Position numbers and translations under genes: made by a program | Source of the DNA: an uncultured Candidatus Saccharibacteria bacterium | GTDB lineage: Bacteria > Patescibacteriota > Saccharimonadia > Saccharimonadales > UBA4665 | Length of the DNA stretch: 64,000 nucleotides | Direction: 5' to 3' | Assembly (NCBI GenBank): GCA_963749175.1 | Contig: CAVVLM010000006.1 | Coordinates: forward strand, 15,558-79,557 | The notes under the pieces: model-generated | What the model was told of the DNA's origin: nothing | Databases searched by the model: none | Seen by the model: only the letters and a program-made list of their open reading frames with translations | Part shown: positions 54,351-63,728 of the stretch, in pieces | Numbering within the stretch: the first letter of the stretch is position 1 | Layout: each line of letters begins with the position of its first letter

Positions 54351-55223
54351 TCAATTGATAGATCTGGGTAATCTAGGAAGCAAAGTTTGCTCAACTGTCT
54401 CCAGCCAGTTGATGGCGTACGGCAGTTGACCAAAGAAATACCCATAACGAAGTTCATAATCTATTTTGCTTAGCTCGCCATTGATGGCAGAGTCTAATAA
54501 TTCGTCATATTGGTTGTTACAACGAACTAATGAATCAAATACCTTGGCAATATGATGCTCGGCCATCAGATACCGAGTTTTTTGAATAACTGCTGCTTTG
54601 TCGGCGCTATTTTCTAGCTGTTCATCAAATAAGCCGTCTTCTATAAATGCTTGGACGACTTTACGTCCAACCGCCACCGGCAGTTCAAGCATCCTCTGAA
54701 CGCCGCAGCCTTCCCTATAATCCAGCGGTTCTGGTGCCACGTAAGCATTGCTTAAATGTCTTTTTTTCTGCGCTAAATAGTTGGCTAATATATCACCCGC
54801 TGGTTGAGTGGAATATTTAATAATACTAGATGGATCACGACCAATTACAATCCGCTGTGCGCCACTCAAGTGCTGTCCAAAAAACCGGTCGATATCATGG
54901 CGTCCTTGATGCAAGGCTCGCTTCGGATAGACCATCGGGGTTAGAGCAATTGATGGATTATCTTCAGCAATTGAGACGTAAATATCCTTTATGTAATCGT
55001 AGCTGCTGTCACTGCTTTCTTCCATGCATATAAAGCTGTCAAAATCACTGCGCCGGTTAGCTACGCCTAGCGCCACTGAGCCAAATATAAAACTGCCATA
55101 AATAATTTCAGCTTCAACGCCGGTACGCGATAATTCTTTAAAATCAGTCTCGGCATCATGGAAATCAATATGATCTGGAATTTGATCTTCAATAATTTGT
55201 TCGTATGAAAATACCCGGCTCAT
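54351..55223 (-). CDS. Pol-beta-superfamily nucleotidyltransferase with C-terminal helical domain
   Basis: IYGSFIFGSVALGVANRRSDFDSFI fits hG(G/S)x9-15D.D. ATG 55223 follows GAAGG. Confidence 0.7.
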   Translation of the reverse strand: MSRVFSYEQIIEDQIPDHIDFHDAETDFKELSRTGVEAEIIYGSFIFGSVALGVANRRSDFDSFICMEESSDSSYDYIKDIYVSIAEDNPSIALTPMVYPKRALHQGRHDIDRFFGQHLSGAQRIVIGRDPSSIIKYSTQPAGDILANYLAQKKRHLSNAYVAPEPLDYREGCGVQRMLELPVAVGRKVVQAFIEDGLFDEQLENSADKAAVIQKTRYLMAEHHIAKVFDSLVRCNNQYDELLDSAINGELSKIDYELRYGYFFGQLPYAINWLETVEQTLLPRLPRSIN

Positions 55224-55253
55224 GATTACCTTCTTCTTAGTTAATACCAAACA

Positions 55254-55622
55254 TTAAGTTTGGCTTTCAGTTTCAATTAGGTCAATCTCGTCAATTTTAG
55301 ACAGTGCTATTTCAATTGCCCTCCTGGCAATATCTGCACAAGCTCTGCCCTGTTCAATAATTGTCTTAGATAATCCAATGGCATAATGTTCGGAAATATA
55401 ACCGGCTGCTGCAAGATATAGCGGTGTCGGTCTTTGAGCTTCGCCCCATCCTACTGTTAATCCTGGATATTGCCTCTGAACCCCAACCCACAGCGCTTCA
55501 GCCATTCGCCTGTCTAATCCCTCAACGTATCTATCTGGGAATCTACCCATTATCACTTTTTCCCAATTTTCATCACTGGTTGACGGTAAATTATTTTCTA
55601 TAACATCTTCATAACTTGCCAT
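55254..55622 (-). CDS. hypothetical protein (upstream partner of the nucleotidyltransferase)
   Basis: 122-aa ORF, about 30 nt upstream of the NTase start. Confidence 0.6.
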   Translation of the reverse strand: MASYEDVIENNLPSTSDENWEKVIMGRFPDRYVEGLDRRMAEALWVGVQRQYPGLTVGWGEAQRPTPLYLAAAGYISEHYAIGLSKTIIEQGRACADIARRAIEIALSKIDEIDLIETESQT

Positions 55623-55720
55623 ATTTGTTCTCCTATATTCATATTAGAGTCGTAACTATGCATACGCAAGCATAAGGGGTAAGACTTATATTAGTTTTAA
55701 TGTTAAGTCATCTTATGTAT

Positions 55721-56071
55721 TTATAGATCTGGGTATTTTTTAGCATTACCCTTTGACTTAGATATTGGGTATTTTTTAGCATTAATGGCTAGTTTATGAT
55801 TGGTTTCCTTAATTAAATCTATACCCAATATATCTGACAAGTTAAGAAGTAAAATCAAGATATCGGCGATTTCTTCGTTAATTTCAGCTAGTTTGTCTGA
55901 TTTAATGTCTTTTTTAACTTCTTCATTGGTTTTCCACCTGAAACATTCCATTAATTCGGCTGCCTCAATGGCTATAGCCATTGCTAAATCTTTAGGAGTA
56001 TGGAACTGCTTCCAGTCACGGTCATCTCTGAACTTTACTACTCGTTTTTGTAAGTCATCCAAGGTGTTCAT
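55721..56071 (-). CDS. MazG-like nucleotide pyrophosphohydrolase (dCTPase/YpjD-like)
   Basis: FRDDRDWKQFHTPKDLAMAIAIEAAELMECFRWK and EEIADILILLLNL (ExxE / ExxD metal-binding helices). 116 aa. Confidence 0.85.
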   Translation of the reverse strand: MNTLDDLQKRVVKFRDDRDWKQFHTPKDLAMAIAIEAAELMECFRWKTNEEVKKDIKSDKLAEINEEIADILILLLNLSDILGIDLIKETNHKLAINAKKYPISKSKGNAKKYPDL

Positions 56072-56282
56072 TAATCACGATTCTACTCTTTTTAACAGAT
56101 TAATTAAATACTACCTGGTCTTGGCTACTTGGGTAGCAAAGCCTGACCCACTGAACTAACCCACCCGTAAAGTAGCTGATGAGTATTTATCATACTCACC
56201 TGGCGTAACGATTAATTCATTGTGGAGCTCTTGATTAAAGACTACAATTAGACACTCAAGTAAATTGAGAGTTAGGAAATAT

Positions 56283-56573
56283 ATGAAAGAAGTCGAATTT
56301 ACTACCGATCTACATTGTATGCCTCAAGAAAGAGCAAGGCACTGTTTGGGTGCAGATAGTTTACTTAGTAGTGTATTAGATAAACTAAGAGAAGATTATC
56401 CCGATCAAACAATTACTCCAACTAAATGTGATATTGTCTGCGATGAAGCTAATACCACAAATTTTGGCAATAGATGGTGTGGTGCCAGAGTCGTTAGGCT
56501 TGAAGTTGATACTTCAATTAACGATCAAGTCCCGGAGAAAAGTGAAGACTCAGCATTTACTGCTGATTTCTAA
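56283..56573 (+). CDS. hypothetical Cys-containing protein
   Basis: ATG 56283 (MKEVEFTT); the ORF track starts at TTG 56265. Confidence 0.5.
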   Translation: MKEVEFTTDLHCMPQERARHCLGADSLLSSVLDKLREDYPDQTITPTKCDIVCDEANTTNFGNRWCGARVVRLEVDTSINDQVPEKSEDSAFTADF

Positions 56574-56620
56574 TTCAAGTGCTAACTAGAGTTATTGGGA
56601 ACGATCATAGTAAAAAAATA

Positions 56621-56860
56621 CTATTGCCAACTGTAAGGCCATTCATCTTCATCGAATGGCTCTGCTATTACGTGTCTGCCGACTATCTCATAAGTCCTGA
56701 CGTTGTATTTATCGTATAGTATTCGGCCAACTTCAAATCCCTCATCTTCATAACCATCAAAATACATGACTTCACCAGACACAGGCAGCGGTTCCCCGTC
56801 TTCATATTCAATTGTGACTGTCCTATCTTTTTGAGTGTCAAATAATGTGCGTATAATCAT
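56621..56860 (-). CDS. hypothetical acidic protein
   Basis: 79-aa ORF. Confidence 0.55.
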   Translation of the reverse strand: MIIRTLFDTQKDRTVTIEYEDGEPLPVSGEVMYFDGYEDEGFEVGRILYDKYNVRTYEIVGRHVIAEPFDEDEWPYSWQ

Positions 56861-56946
56861 AGGAGTAATCCTGTTTAGAATATTATAAAAGTTAATTTAC
56901 GGTATGCAACTATTTAAGTTTTATTGCAGCTAAGGTGTAAAAATTT

Positions 56947-57706
56947 ATGTCTGATTATTACAAATCCAAACGTACTCATAACTTATATAACCAAACTGAT
57001 TCTAAACCCTTCCGGTTAAGCCGCAGTAAGATTGATTTATTCCTGGAATGCCCTAGGTGTTTTTATCTGGACCGGAAACTGGGTATAGCCAGGCCGCCCG
57101 GTTTCCCGTTCAGCCTGAACAGCGCCGTTGACGCCTTGCTTAAAAAAGAGTTTGATATGCACCGGGCTCATAAAACAGTCCATCCGCTGGTTAAAGCTTT
57201 CGGACTTGATCTTATACCCTTGCAGCACGAGTCAATAGGGGTGTGGCGTGACAGTTTACATAGCGGTATAACTTATCAGATGCCAGGGACTAACATTATT
57301 GTTACTGGGGGCGTTGATGATGTCTGGGTTGATCCTAAGACTAATGAGCTAACTATAGTTGACTACAAAGCTACCAGTAAAAGCACAGAAGTTAACCTTG
57401 ATGCTGAGTGGCAAGATGGCTATAAGCGACAAATGGAAGTTTATCAATGGTTATTCAGACGTAACGGCTTTAAAGTTTCCAAGACCGGTTATTTTGTATA
57501 TTGCAACGGCAAGGCTGATCGAGAAGCTTTCAATGCCATGCTTGAGTTTGATATTAAACTATTGCCCTATGACGGAGATGACAGCTGGGTAGAGGCAAAC
57601 TATACTGGATGCACATAAGGTATTGTGCTCAGAAAAAGTCCCTGAAGCAAAAGATAGTTGTGACTATTGTTCCTATTACAAAGAGCGGAAGCTTAATGAC
57701 AAATGA
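56947..57706 (+). pseudogene. Cas4/RecB-like PD-(D/E)XK nuclease, C-terminus displaced by a frameshift
   Basis: CPRCFY (N-terminal Cys), GGVDDVWVD, IVDYKAT (DxK), QMEVYQWLF (QxxxY). The ORF stops at 57618, but the +1 frame continues LDAHKVLCSEKVPEAKDSCDYCSYYKERKLNDK* with the missing C...CxxC cluster. Confidence 0.7.
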
Positions 57707-57941
57707 TTATACGAACTGTTTTATATGTCGAAGATAGGACTTCCACAGTTGAAATTTAAATTAGTGTACCATCCCCAGAATATAGAGACGTAGTTTATCT
57801 AATAGGGGTTATAGATGGGGCGGTAAGAAAAATTTATGTTACCGAGTTTAAATACAAGAATATTTATCGATGAATCTGGTACGCCTGACAAAACTATATT
57901 AATGACCAACGTTCGAATTCAAGTTGGAATATTGTATAGGT

Positions 57942-58484
57942 CTAGGAAAAATCGAGCTTTATCCCTGGTTTCCCCCTCGTGTGAATCCCCCGCTTAATTC
58001 TATACTCGCTCAGATCTATCTTTTTCGAACCAACCTCAACCGTTTCCTGAAAGTTTTTAAAGATTATAGTAGCTTTTGTCCATGCGGTTGGAAAATAACC
58101 TAAGTCGTATCCAGTAGTTGGATTTTCAACCCAACGAATTCTTTTCCATCTGAAGTCAATGATGTGTATGGCATCTGTGCCATCTAGTCTGCCAAATACA
58201 AACCCGTTACCAAGTTTGCTGACCTTATATCGCCATCTATACCAGTTCATTTTGAAGATATGTAGCCATATCCAGTTTAAAATTGGCAGAGCTCCAATAA
58301 ATGACAAAAATAGGCATAGGCCAATAAATTGAACATTCGGTTTGTTATCAATTTTAACTGCCCAGCTAGCAAGAAGTATAAAACTGCCAGTTAGGTAACA
58401 AAATTTCAAATAATTTGATAACCTTTTCCAATCTTTAATTATTTCCTTCAGGACATGAACAAGGTTATCACTCAACTCTGACAT
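57942..58484 (-). CDS. membrane-associated hypothetical protein
   Basis: 180 aa. ATG after AAAGGAGA. Two TM helices, then a soluble domain. Confidence 0.6.
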   Translation of the reverse strand: MSELSDNLVHVLKEIIKDWKRLSNYLKFCYLTGSFILLASWAVKIDNKPNVQFIGLCLFLSFIGALPILNWIWLHIFKMNWYRWRYKVSKLGNGFVFGRLDGTDAIHIIDFRWKRIRWVENPTTGYDLGYFPTAWTKATIIFKNFQETVEVGSKKIDLSEYRIKRGIHTRGKPGIKLDFS

Positions 58485-58508
58485 AACGGTCTCCTTTGGT
58501 GGTCGTCT

Positions 58509-58533
58509 TGGCAGGGGTTGTGGGATTCGAACC
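58509..58533 (-). other. tRNA-Trp-like 3'-end fragment (T-stem G, T-loop to CCA)
   Basis: Minus strand GGTTCGAATCCCACAACCCCTGCCA. No remaining tRNA body. Confidence 0.55.
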
Positions 58534-58819
58534 TATTAATGTAATACCATAAATTATTATATTACATATATGAGATTAAATAAGTATTGCAAACTATTTG
58601 ACAGTAGGTGTATTATCATTTAAACCATATTTGCTAACAGATTAAAACATTAGCAATTAAGGCTTAAAGATCAGGGAGATACACTTATTATGTATAATTT
58701 TATCAATCACTCCGCCTACTTCCCTGCTTTATCTTGCCAAAATATGACAGAAAATTACCTATTAATTAGATATATTAATATAGACAACTCCTATATTAAG
58801 GACTTTCTGGAGTAATCAC

Positions 58820-59110
58820 ATGAAAGTCCGATCACTCAAACCCATTACGATTTCTTGGTTTGAGCTTGGTTGGCCGGTCAATCTTGATATTGAATCCGTA
58901 CACAATTGGTTGCAGTCAATCAGTGGCCGTAGTAATCTAAACATCCGTTTTGTGTTGAAGGCTTATCATAACAGCTGCCATTATTATTTAGGTATCCCAA
59001 CTGCCCTTGTCGTTGGTCAAACCGATATGTTGCAAGTCTTCTTGCCTGACATTGAAGTTACCGAAGCCGACAACCCATTACAGAACGAAACGATCAATCT
59101 GATCTACTAA
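58820..59110 (+). CDS. hypothetical protein (element-associated)
   Basis: 96-aa ORF; first gene of the tightly packed plus-strand block. Confidence 0.5.
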   Translation: MKVRSLKPITISWFELGWPVNLDIESVHNWLQSISGRSNLNIRFVLKAYHNSCHYYLGIPTALVVGQTDMLQVFLPDIEVTEADNPLQNETINLIY

Positions 59111-59117
59111 GTTAAGT

Positions 59118-59375
59118 ATGAGCAGTCGTCAGCGTCTATTACAAATTAAAAACCCACAGCAAGTCAGCCAAGCTATCATTGGTAGCATGCGCGGCTTAAG
59201 TGTTGAATCTTCGATCACACTTACTTGGATACTCGGTCAAAGATCTAGACCATTAGATATAAAAACTATCGGCAAACGCCTACAGTTCCACAACTTGGTT
59301 AGGTTCAATCCTAGAAGCGGCTTTTGGTTCAGTCCGGCCAATAGACAAAGCCAGCCAACTATCAATGCAGCGTAA
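59118..59375 (+). CDS. hypothetical protein (element-associated)
   Basis: 85-aa ORF, 7 nt after the previous stop, overlapping the next gene by 11 nt. It could be part of a frameshifted larger gene. Confidence 0.45.
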   Translation: MSSRQRLLQIKNPQQVSQAIIGSMRGLSVESSITLTWILGQRSRPLDIKTIGKRLQFHNLVRFNPRSGFWFSPANRQSQPTINAA

Positions 59376-61017
59376 ACTTAATGAACCAAATTGGAGTGCT
59401 GTATGTTATTTAGCTATCAGAAATAGCTCTGAAGAAGCTTGTTTATCAATCATGAAACGAATCGAATCAGCTCTAAAGAGTGCCGATGCGGTTGGCATCA
59501 GCTTATCAATGAAGGAAGTTAAAAAATCAGCAATAAATATTGAAGCCAATCCGTGGAATTATAACTTAACAATTAATGTCAGTGAATTTACGGCTTTAAT
59601 TGGTTGGCCATATGGAGAGGGTCAATTGCCGGGAATTACCCGGATAGTTTCCCGCCATTTACCGATACCAAGTACTTACTCATACCTCGGCAAAGATATT
59701 GCCCGCAGTAATATTACTGCTAAACGAGTTGGATTATACCTGGATGATGAAGATGCCTTAATGCATACCCACATATTAGGCCCAACCGGTGTCGGTAAAA
59801 GTACTTTAATGTTGAATATGATTGTTCAAGACATTAAATCAGGATATGGGGTAATCGTAGTTGATCCTAAGGGTGATTTAGCCAATGATTTACTATGGCG
59901 GATACCGGAAGAACGAGTCGATGATGTAGTAATTATGGATCCAAGTGATTCCCAGCCAGTTGGCCTTAACCCGCTGCAATGCGGTGATAAACCAACCGCT
60001 ATTGTCGTAGATGATCTAATTGCCGTATTCCGTAGCCTTTATCCAAATAGTTTCGGACCGCGTACCCAGGATATCTTGAGCGCGGGGTTATTAACTCTGG
60101 CAGCTAAGCCAAATATGACTCTGGCTCATTTGCCACTACTATTTAGCGATTCTCTCTTTCGTAACAGATTAACTCGATTGACTGACGACAACGAAGGCAT
60201 TGCCAGCTTCTGGGAATGGTTCAAAGGCGTTTCCGATAATGAGCGTCTCTATGCCTTGGCGCCGGTCATGAATAAACTACGACCATTCCTAATGCGCGAG
60301 CAATTACGCCGGGTAATCGGCCAAGCTAAGCCTAAGTTTGATATCAGCGAAGTCTTTACTGATCATAAAATACTCATAGTAAACCTATCCCGTAGTAAAA
60401 TAGGCGCAGAAATTACTCAGTTATTCGGTACATTAGTGGTTGCTCAAATCTGGCAAGCCATTCAAGCCAGAGCCGAAGTTGATGAAGAAGACCGTGAACC
60501 ATGTTATGTCTATATAGATGAAGTTCAAGATTATTTACATTTACCTACTGATATAGGTGAAGTATTAACTCAATCCAGAAGTTACAAAGTCGGACTTGCG
60601 CTGGCCCATCAACATTTAAACCAGTTACCGGATGAACTACGTAGCGGTGTGCTAGCTAATGCGCGCTCAAAAATATGTTTCCAACTTAGCCATCAGGATG
60701 CTGTAGCCATGGCCAAATCTAGTTTTCGGTTAGAAGCCCGTGATTTTGAGAACTTAGCGCCATATCATATCTATGCCAAATTAGTAGCTGGTGGTGCTAC
60801 ACGGTTGTGGACCAGTGGGGTTACTAAACCGATGTGTGAGACAACTTCAGATCCTTTTGAAATCGAGCTTCATTCGCGTGGCCGCTATGGTAGCGAACCT
60901 TATGAAGCAGCCTTTAAGCAACGCGGTATAAAGAAAAAACGATCACATAGTAAAACCGAACAAATAGATAAACCGCAATTTCTAGGCAACAATTCACGAA
61001 AGGCTAAAATATCATGA
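59365..61017 (+). CDS. type IV coupling-protein-like / HerA-FtsK-type P-loop ATPase (TraD/TraG/DUF87-like)
   Basis: HTHILGPTGVGKSTLMLNMI (Walker A), VVDPKGDL, CYVYIDEVQDY (Walker B), LAHQHLNQL. No N-terminal TM helices. Confidence 0.75.
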   Translation: MQRKLNEPNWSAVCYLAIRNSSEEACLSIMKRIESALKSADAVGISLSMKEVKKSAINIEANPWNYNLTINVSEFTALIGWPYGEGQLPGITRIVSRHLPIPSTYSYLGKDIARSNITAKRVGLYLDDEDALMHTHILGPTGVGKSTLMLNMIVQDIKSGYGVIVVDPKGDLANDLLWRIPEERVDDVVIMDPSDSQPVGLNPLQCGDKPTAIVVDDLIAVFRSLYPNSFGPRTQDILSAGLLTLAAKPNMTLAHLPLLFSDSLFRNRLTRLTDDNEGIASFWEWFKGVSDNERLYALAPVMNKLRPFLMREQLRRVIGQAKPKFDISEVFTDHKILIVNLSRSKIGAEITQLFGTLVVAQIWQAIQARAEVDEEDREPCYVYIDEVQDYLHLPTDIGEVLTQSRSYKVGLALAHQHLNQLPDELRSGVLANARSKICFQLSHQDAVAMAKSSFRLEARDFENLAPYHIYAKLVAGGATRLWTSGVTKPMCETTSDPFEIELHSRGRYGSEPYEAAFKQRGIKKKRSHSKTEQIDKPQFLGNNSRKAKIS

Positions 61018-61913
61018 CAAATAGCGTTATGAGATTTCGTTTACCACTTCGCATCGGCGAAATGAAAATGGGCCTCATGACCTCTGTTTTGAGCCATAAA
61101 TTATTCCGCGATACTACTCCCTATAGTGAGTATCTTCCAAGTGCTTTAAGGGTGATGGGAAAGGAACAAGGTCTAACCGAAAAAGACTTAACTATAATTT
61201 ATTTAACTATCCTACTGCGATGTGTCAGCATTGATCATATTTATCGGCTGTTATATTTACCAAAAAATATGACGCAACGAGCCTGTCAAATTAGGATGCA
61301 AATATTAATTGAGAAGAAATTATTATCCAAACTAGATCGCAGGATTGGTGGTTATGCTAGAGGCTCAGCAATTACAGTAGTGTCACCAGGAATACTCACC
61401 TGCCGTTATATAAACGCTAAACATCATTATTTTCAATCGGCTACTGGCGGACATTTAATTACACATAGTTTAACTATTGCTGAAATATTTACTCAAATCT
61501 TAGAAGCTGACATTAATAAGTTAATCAAATTAATTCAGATTCAAACTGAACCAGCTTGCTGGCGCGATTATAGATATTTTAATCACCCAGCTAACAGGTT
61601 AAAACCGGATTTGTATGTTGTAATTAAGAAGGAAAATATTACACACAAATGGTTTATTGAAGTTGATTGTGGCACACATAGTAAATCTAAAATCCAAGAA
61701 AAAGCCTGGTATTATGAAAAATATTTTCTGGACTCTTTAGAGCAGCGTAAAACCGGAATATTGCCAAGAACGCTATGGATAACATTAGATAAAGGCCGCG
61801 CTAGAAATATATTAAATTCGATATCAAAAACCAATAAGTATGTACCGGGTCTTTGTGCAAGCGCACCGATTGAAGAATTCTTAACAAAATTAACCGAAAT
61901 TTACACGAAATAG
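61014..61913 (+). CDS. replication-relaxation family protein
   Basis: ATGA overlap with the ATPase gene. wHTH-like N-terminus (LTEKDLTIIYL...ACQIRMQILIEKKLL), HSLTIAEIF, LKPDLYVVI...WFIEVDCGTHS, typical of the Replic_Relax family. Confidence 0.75.
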   Translation: MTNSVMRFRLPLRIGEMKMGLMTSVLSHKLFRDTTPYSEYLPSALRVMGKEQGLTEKDLTIIYLTILLRCVSIDHIYRLLYLPKNMTQRACQIRMQILIEKKLLSKLDRRIGGYARGSAITVVSPGILTCRYINAKHHYFQSATGGHLITHSLTIAEIFTQILEADINKLIKLIQIQTEPACWRDYRYFNHPANRLKPDLYVVIKKENITHKWFIEVDCGTHSKSKIQEKAWYYEKYFLDSLEQRKTGILPRTLWITLDKGRARNILNSISKTNKYVPGLCASAPIEEFLTKLTEIYTK

Positions 61914-61947
61914 CATTAAACTTTGAATTGCTAAATTAATAAAGAAT

Positions 61948-62346
61948 TTAATCTTTCGTTGTGCCAGTTGACTGAACCACCTCAAATATGGGTGCAGTCG
62001 GATTTTGTTGCTCGTTTTGAGCTACTACTCCATCGTAGCGTAATATCTCACTGTCAAGATTCGAAGCGTTTTTGTTGTTTGAAAATGCCTTTATAGCACT
62101 GAATACTGTAGCTCCCAAGAATAAGCCCACACTACCATCCAAAGCTAAATTTATAGGCAAAGAATTATAGGCTTGACCAAGGTGACTGACTAAATTGTTA
62201 ATAGAATTTTGAGCTGTATATGAAACATCTACCGCTAAAAAACCCGCAAATCCTGCAGCTCGCCAAGTATGACCTTTTTCTTTTTTCCGATATTTATTTC
62301 TCATACTAATCATTTGTTCAATGTTCATAGGATAAAAGATTATCAT
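61948..62346 (-). CDS. small membrane protein
   Basis: 132-aa ORF with two hydrophobic segments; start uncertain. Confidence 0.5.
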   Translation of the reverse strand: MIIFYPMNIEQMISMRNKYRKKEKGHTWRAAGFAGFLAVDVSYTAQNSINNLVSHLGQAYNSLPINLALDGSVGLFLGATVFSAIKAFSNNKNASNLDSEILRYDGVVAQNEQQNPTAPIFEVVQSTGTTKD

Positions 62347-62473
62347 AATCAGCTATTTTAGTCAAAATGTGAACTAAAATAATCTTCTCGTTTCTAAAAG
62401 CTAAAACCCAACAACTAAAGCGTTAATTAATTTTTTACCAAAATCAATTTATAGAACTTATAGAGATAATTGT

Positions 62474-63178
62474 TTAAGAATCACCGGAAATTTCATTGGT
62501 AGGTTGATTGGCTGCATTTTCTGGAGGTATAGTCAAAAAAGATTCGCCAATAGTTCGGATTTTGTAATATGTAGCTTCTAATGCCCGTTGTCGTTTCATA
62601 ATTGCAGTAGTGTTGCCTGCTCGAATGCCAAACATAATAAATCTTGTAGCGAAAGCTTTACGGCGCTCTTCATCTTTCTCATTTTGGGTAATAATAGAGC
62701 GAAAAGTAAGCGGTAGAATTTCGTATTTTGGAAATACCAGCTTACCTAGAAACTGTACCCGGTCATAGAGATTATGTAGATCATCCGTTAATAATGCCAA
62801 TGTATCACCGGGTTGTAGATCAAGTCGCTTACTGCTATGTACTAAGTTAGCTGTAGTACTATCTGATATTTCCTCACTAAAAATACCAATATCTATCGGC
62901 AATGGATTGCCAAATTTTTCCTTAGAATACTCTTCTGCGTAACGATACATGGCGGTAGCTTCACTGATCGGCGGAAACTCACCTGCTCTGACCTGTTGCA
63001 AATCCCGGCCGCCGCTAAAGATAACAATCTTGGGATGCAATAATCCACTGATGTAGGCAGCAGCTTCACTTCGTTTCCTACCTCGATCACTAAGTTCACC
63101 ATTCATATTGACGTGGTGACCGAGTACGATCATGGCGTCAATATGGGTTTGTTCTTGAGCTGCTTTAGTTATATCCAT
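62474..63178 (-). CDS. DUF218 (YdcF/ElyC/SanA-like) domain protein
   Basis: DAMIVLGHHVNMNGELSDRGRKRSEAAAY....KIVIFSGGR is the typical DUF218 N-terminal pattern. Confidence 0.65.
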   Translation of the reverse strand: MDITKAAQEQTHIDAMIVLGHHVNMNGELSDRGRKRSEAAAYISGLLHPKIVIFSGGRDLQQVRAGEFPPISEATAMYRYAEEYSKEKFGNPLPIDIGIFSEEISDSTTANLVHSSKRLDLQPGDTLALLTDDLHNLYDRVQFLGKLVFPKYEILPLTFRSIITQNEKDEERRKAFATRFIMFGIRAGNTTAIMKRQRALEATYYKIRTIGESFLTIPPENAANQPTNEISGDS

Positions 63179-63188
63179 ATTTAATAAT

Positions 63189-63584
63189 TTAAGATAATTT
63201 TAGCTTATCAATTTGTTGCTGTCGATCAACTAAACTATTGGCTAAATTTAGAAATGTCATTCCCCATCTAACTTTTAAGCTACCTGATATTAACATAGTC
63301 CGATTGGATTGTATTAGGTCTTTTAGTTCAGCTTTAGCGGGGGCTAAGATGCTGCAGGGTTGATCTTCGGAATTGTGTGGGCAAAAAGTACAATCCGGCA
63401 TTTGAGTCTTTTGGAGAGCATCGATGACCACTTCGTAACCTACTAGTCGGCTTTTAGTCAAAGTTTTAAGCGGATGACCTGTATTATAAGGGTCAATTAA
63501 ACGGTTGGCGGCTTGGTGTAAATAATCAAAGTAAAGCTGAACCTCGCAGTTAGAGCTGACTTGTTCGAGCGGAGCATGATCCAT
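63189..63584 (-). CDS. hypothetical Cys-containing protein
   Basis: 131-aa ORF, 10 nt upstream of the DUF218 gene. Confidence 0.6.
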   Translation of the reverse strand: MDHAPLEQVSSNCEVQLYFDYLHQAANRLIDPYNTGHPLKTLTKSRLVGYEVVIDALQKTQMPDCTFCPHNSEDQPCSILAPAKAELKDLIQSNRTMLISGSLKVRWGMTFLNLANSLVDRQQQIDKLKLS

Positions 63585-63728
63585 AATTTATACCACTTAA
63601 TTAGTATTCATTATCTAAACATTAATCTGTATATATGTCTAGTGAATTACTGGATTAATCAATCGATTTATTGTTTACCTTATATTGCCATAAGCGTAAT
63701 AGCCAGATATCATATAGATGATTAGCTA

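Larger units (their letters stand above)
58509..61913. mobile_element. remnant or part of an integrated conjugative/mobilisable element
   Basis: A tRNA 3' fragment is followed by four tightly packed plus-strand genes, including a coupling-protein-like ATPase and a replication-relaxation protein. No integrase inside the window. Confidence 0.45.

Noticed and set aside
56176-56200. CTGATGA followed by a GTAT-TTATC-ATAC hairpin in an intergenic region (plus strand).
   Set aside because: The hairpin is followed by TCAC rather than the obligatory GAAA, and no stem I/III partners are present. It is not a hammerhead.
57836-57997. 53-aa plus-strand ORF starting MLPSLNTRIFIDESGTPDK, reminiscent of the DUF3800 N-terminal 'IDESG' motif.
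   Set aside because: It is too short and runs into the convergent gene 57942..58484. At best it is a remnant of a lost gene, which cannot be supported from sequence alone.
32803-58533. The five tRNA-like segments as genuine tRNA genes.
   Set aside because: Each is only 23-25 nt (T-loop to CCA). The adjacent sequence cannot form the T-stem 5' strand, the anticodon or D arms, or the acceptor 5' strand.
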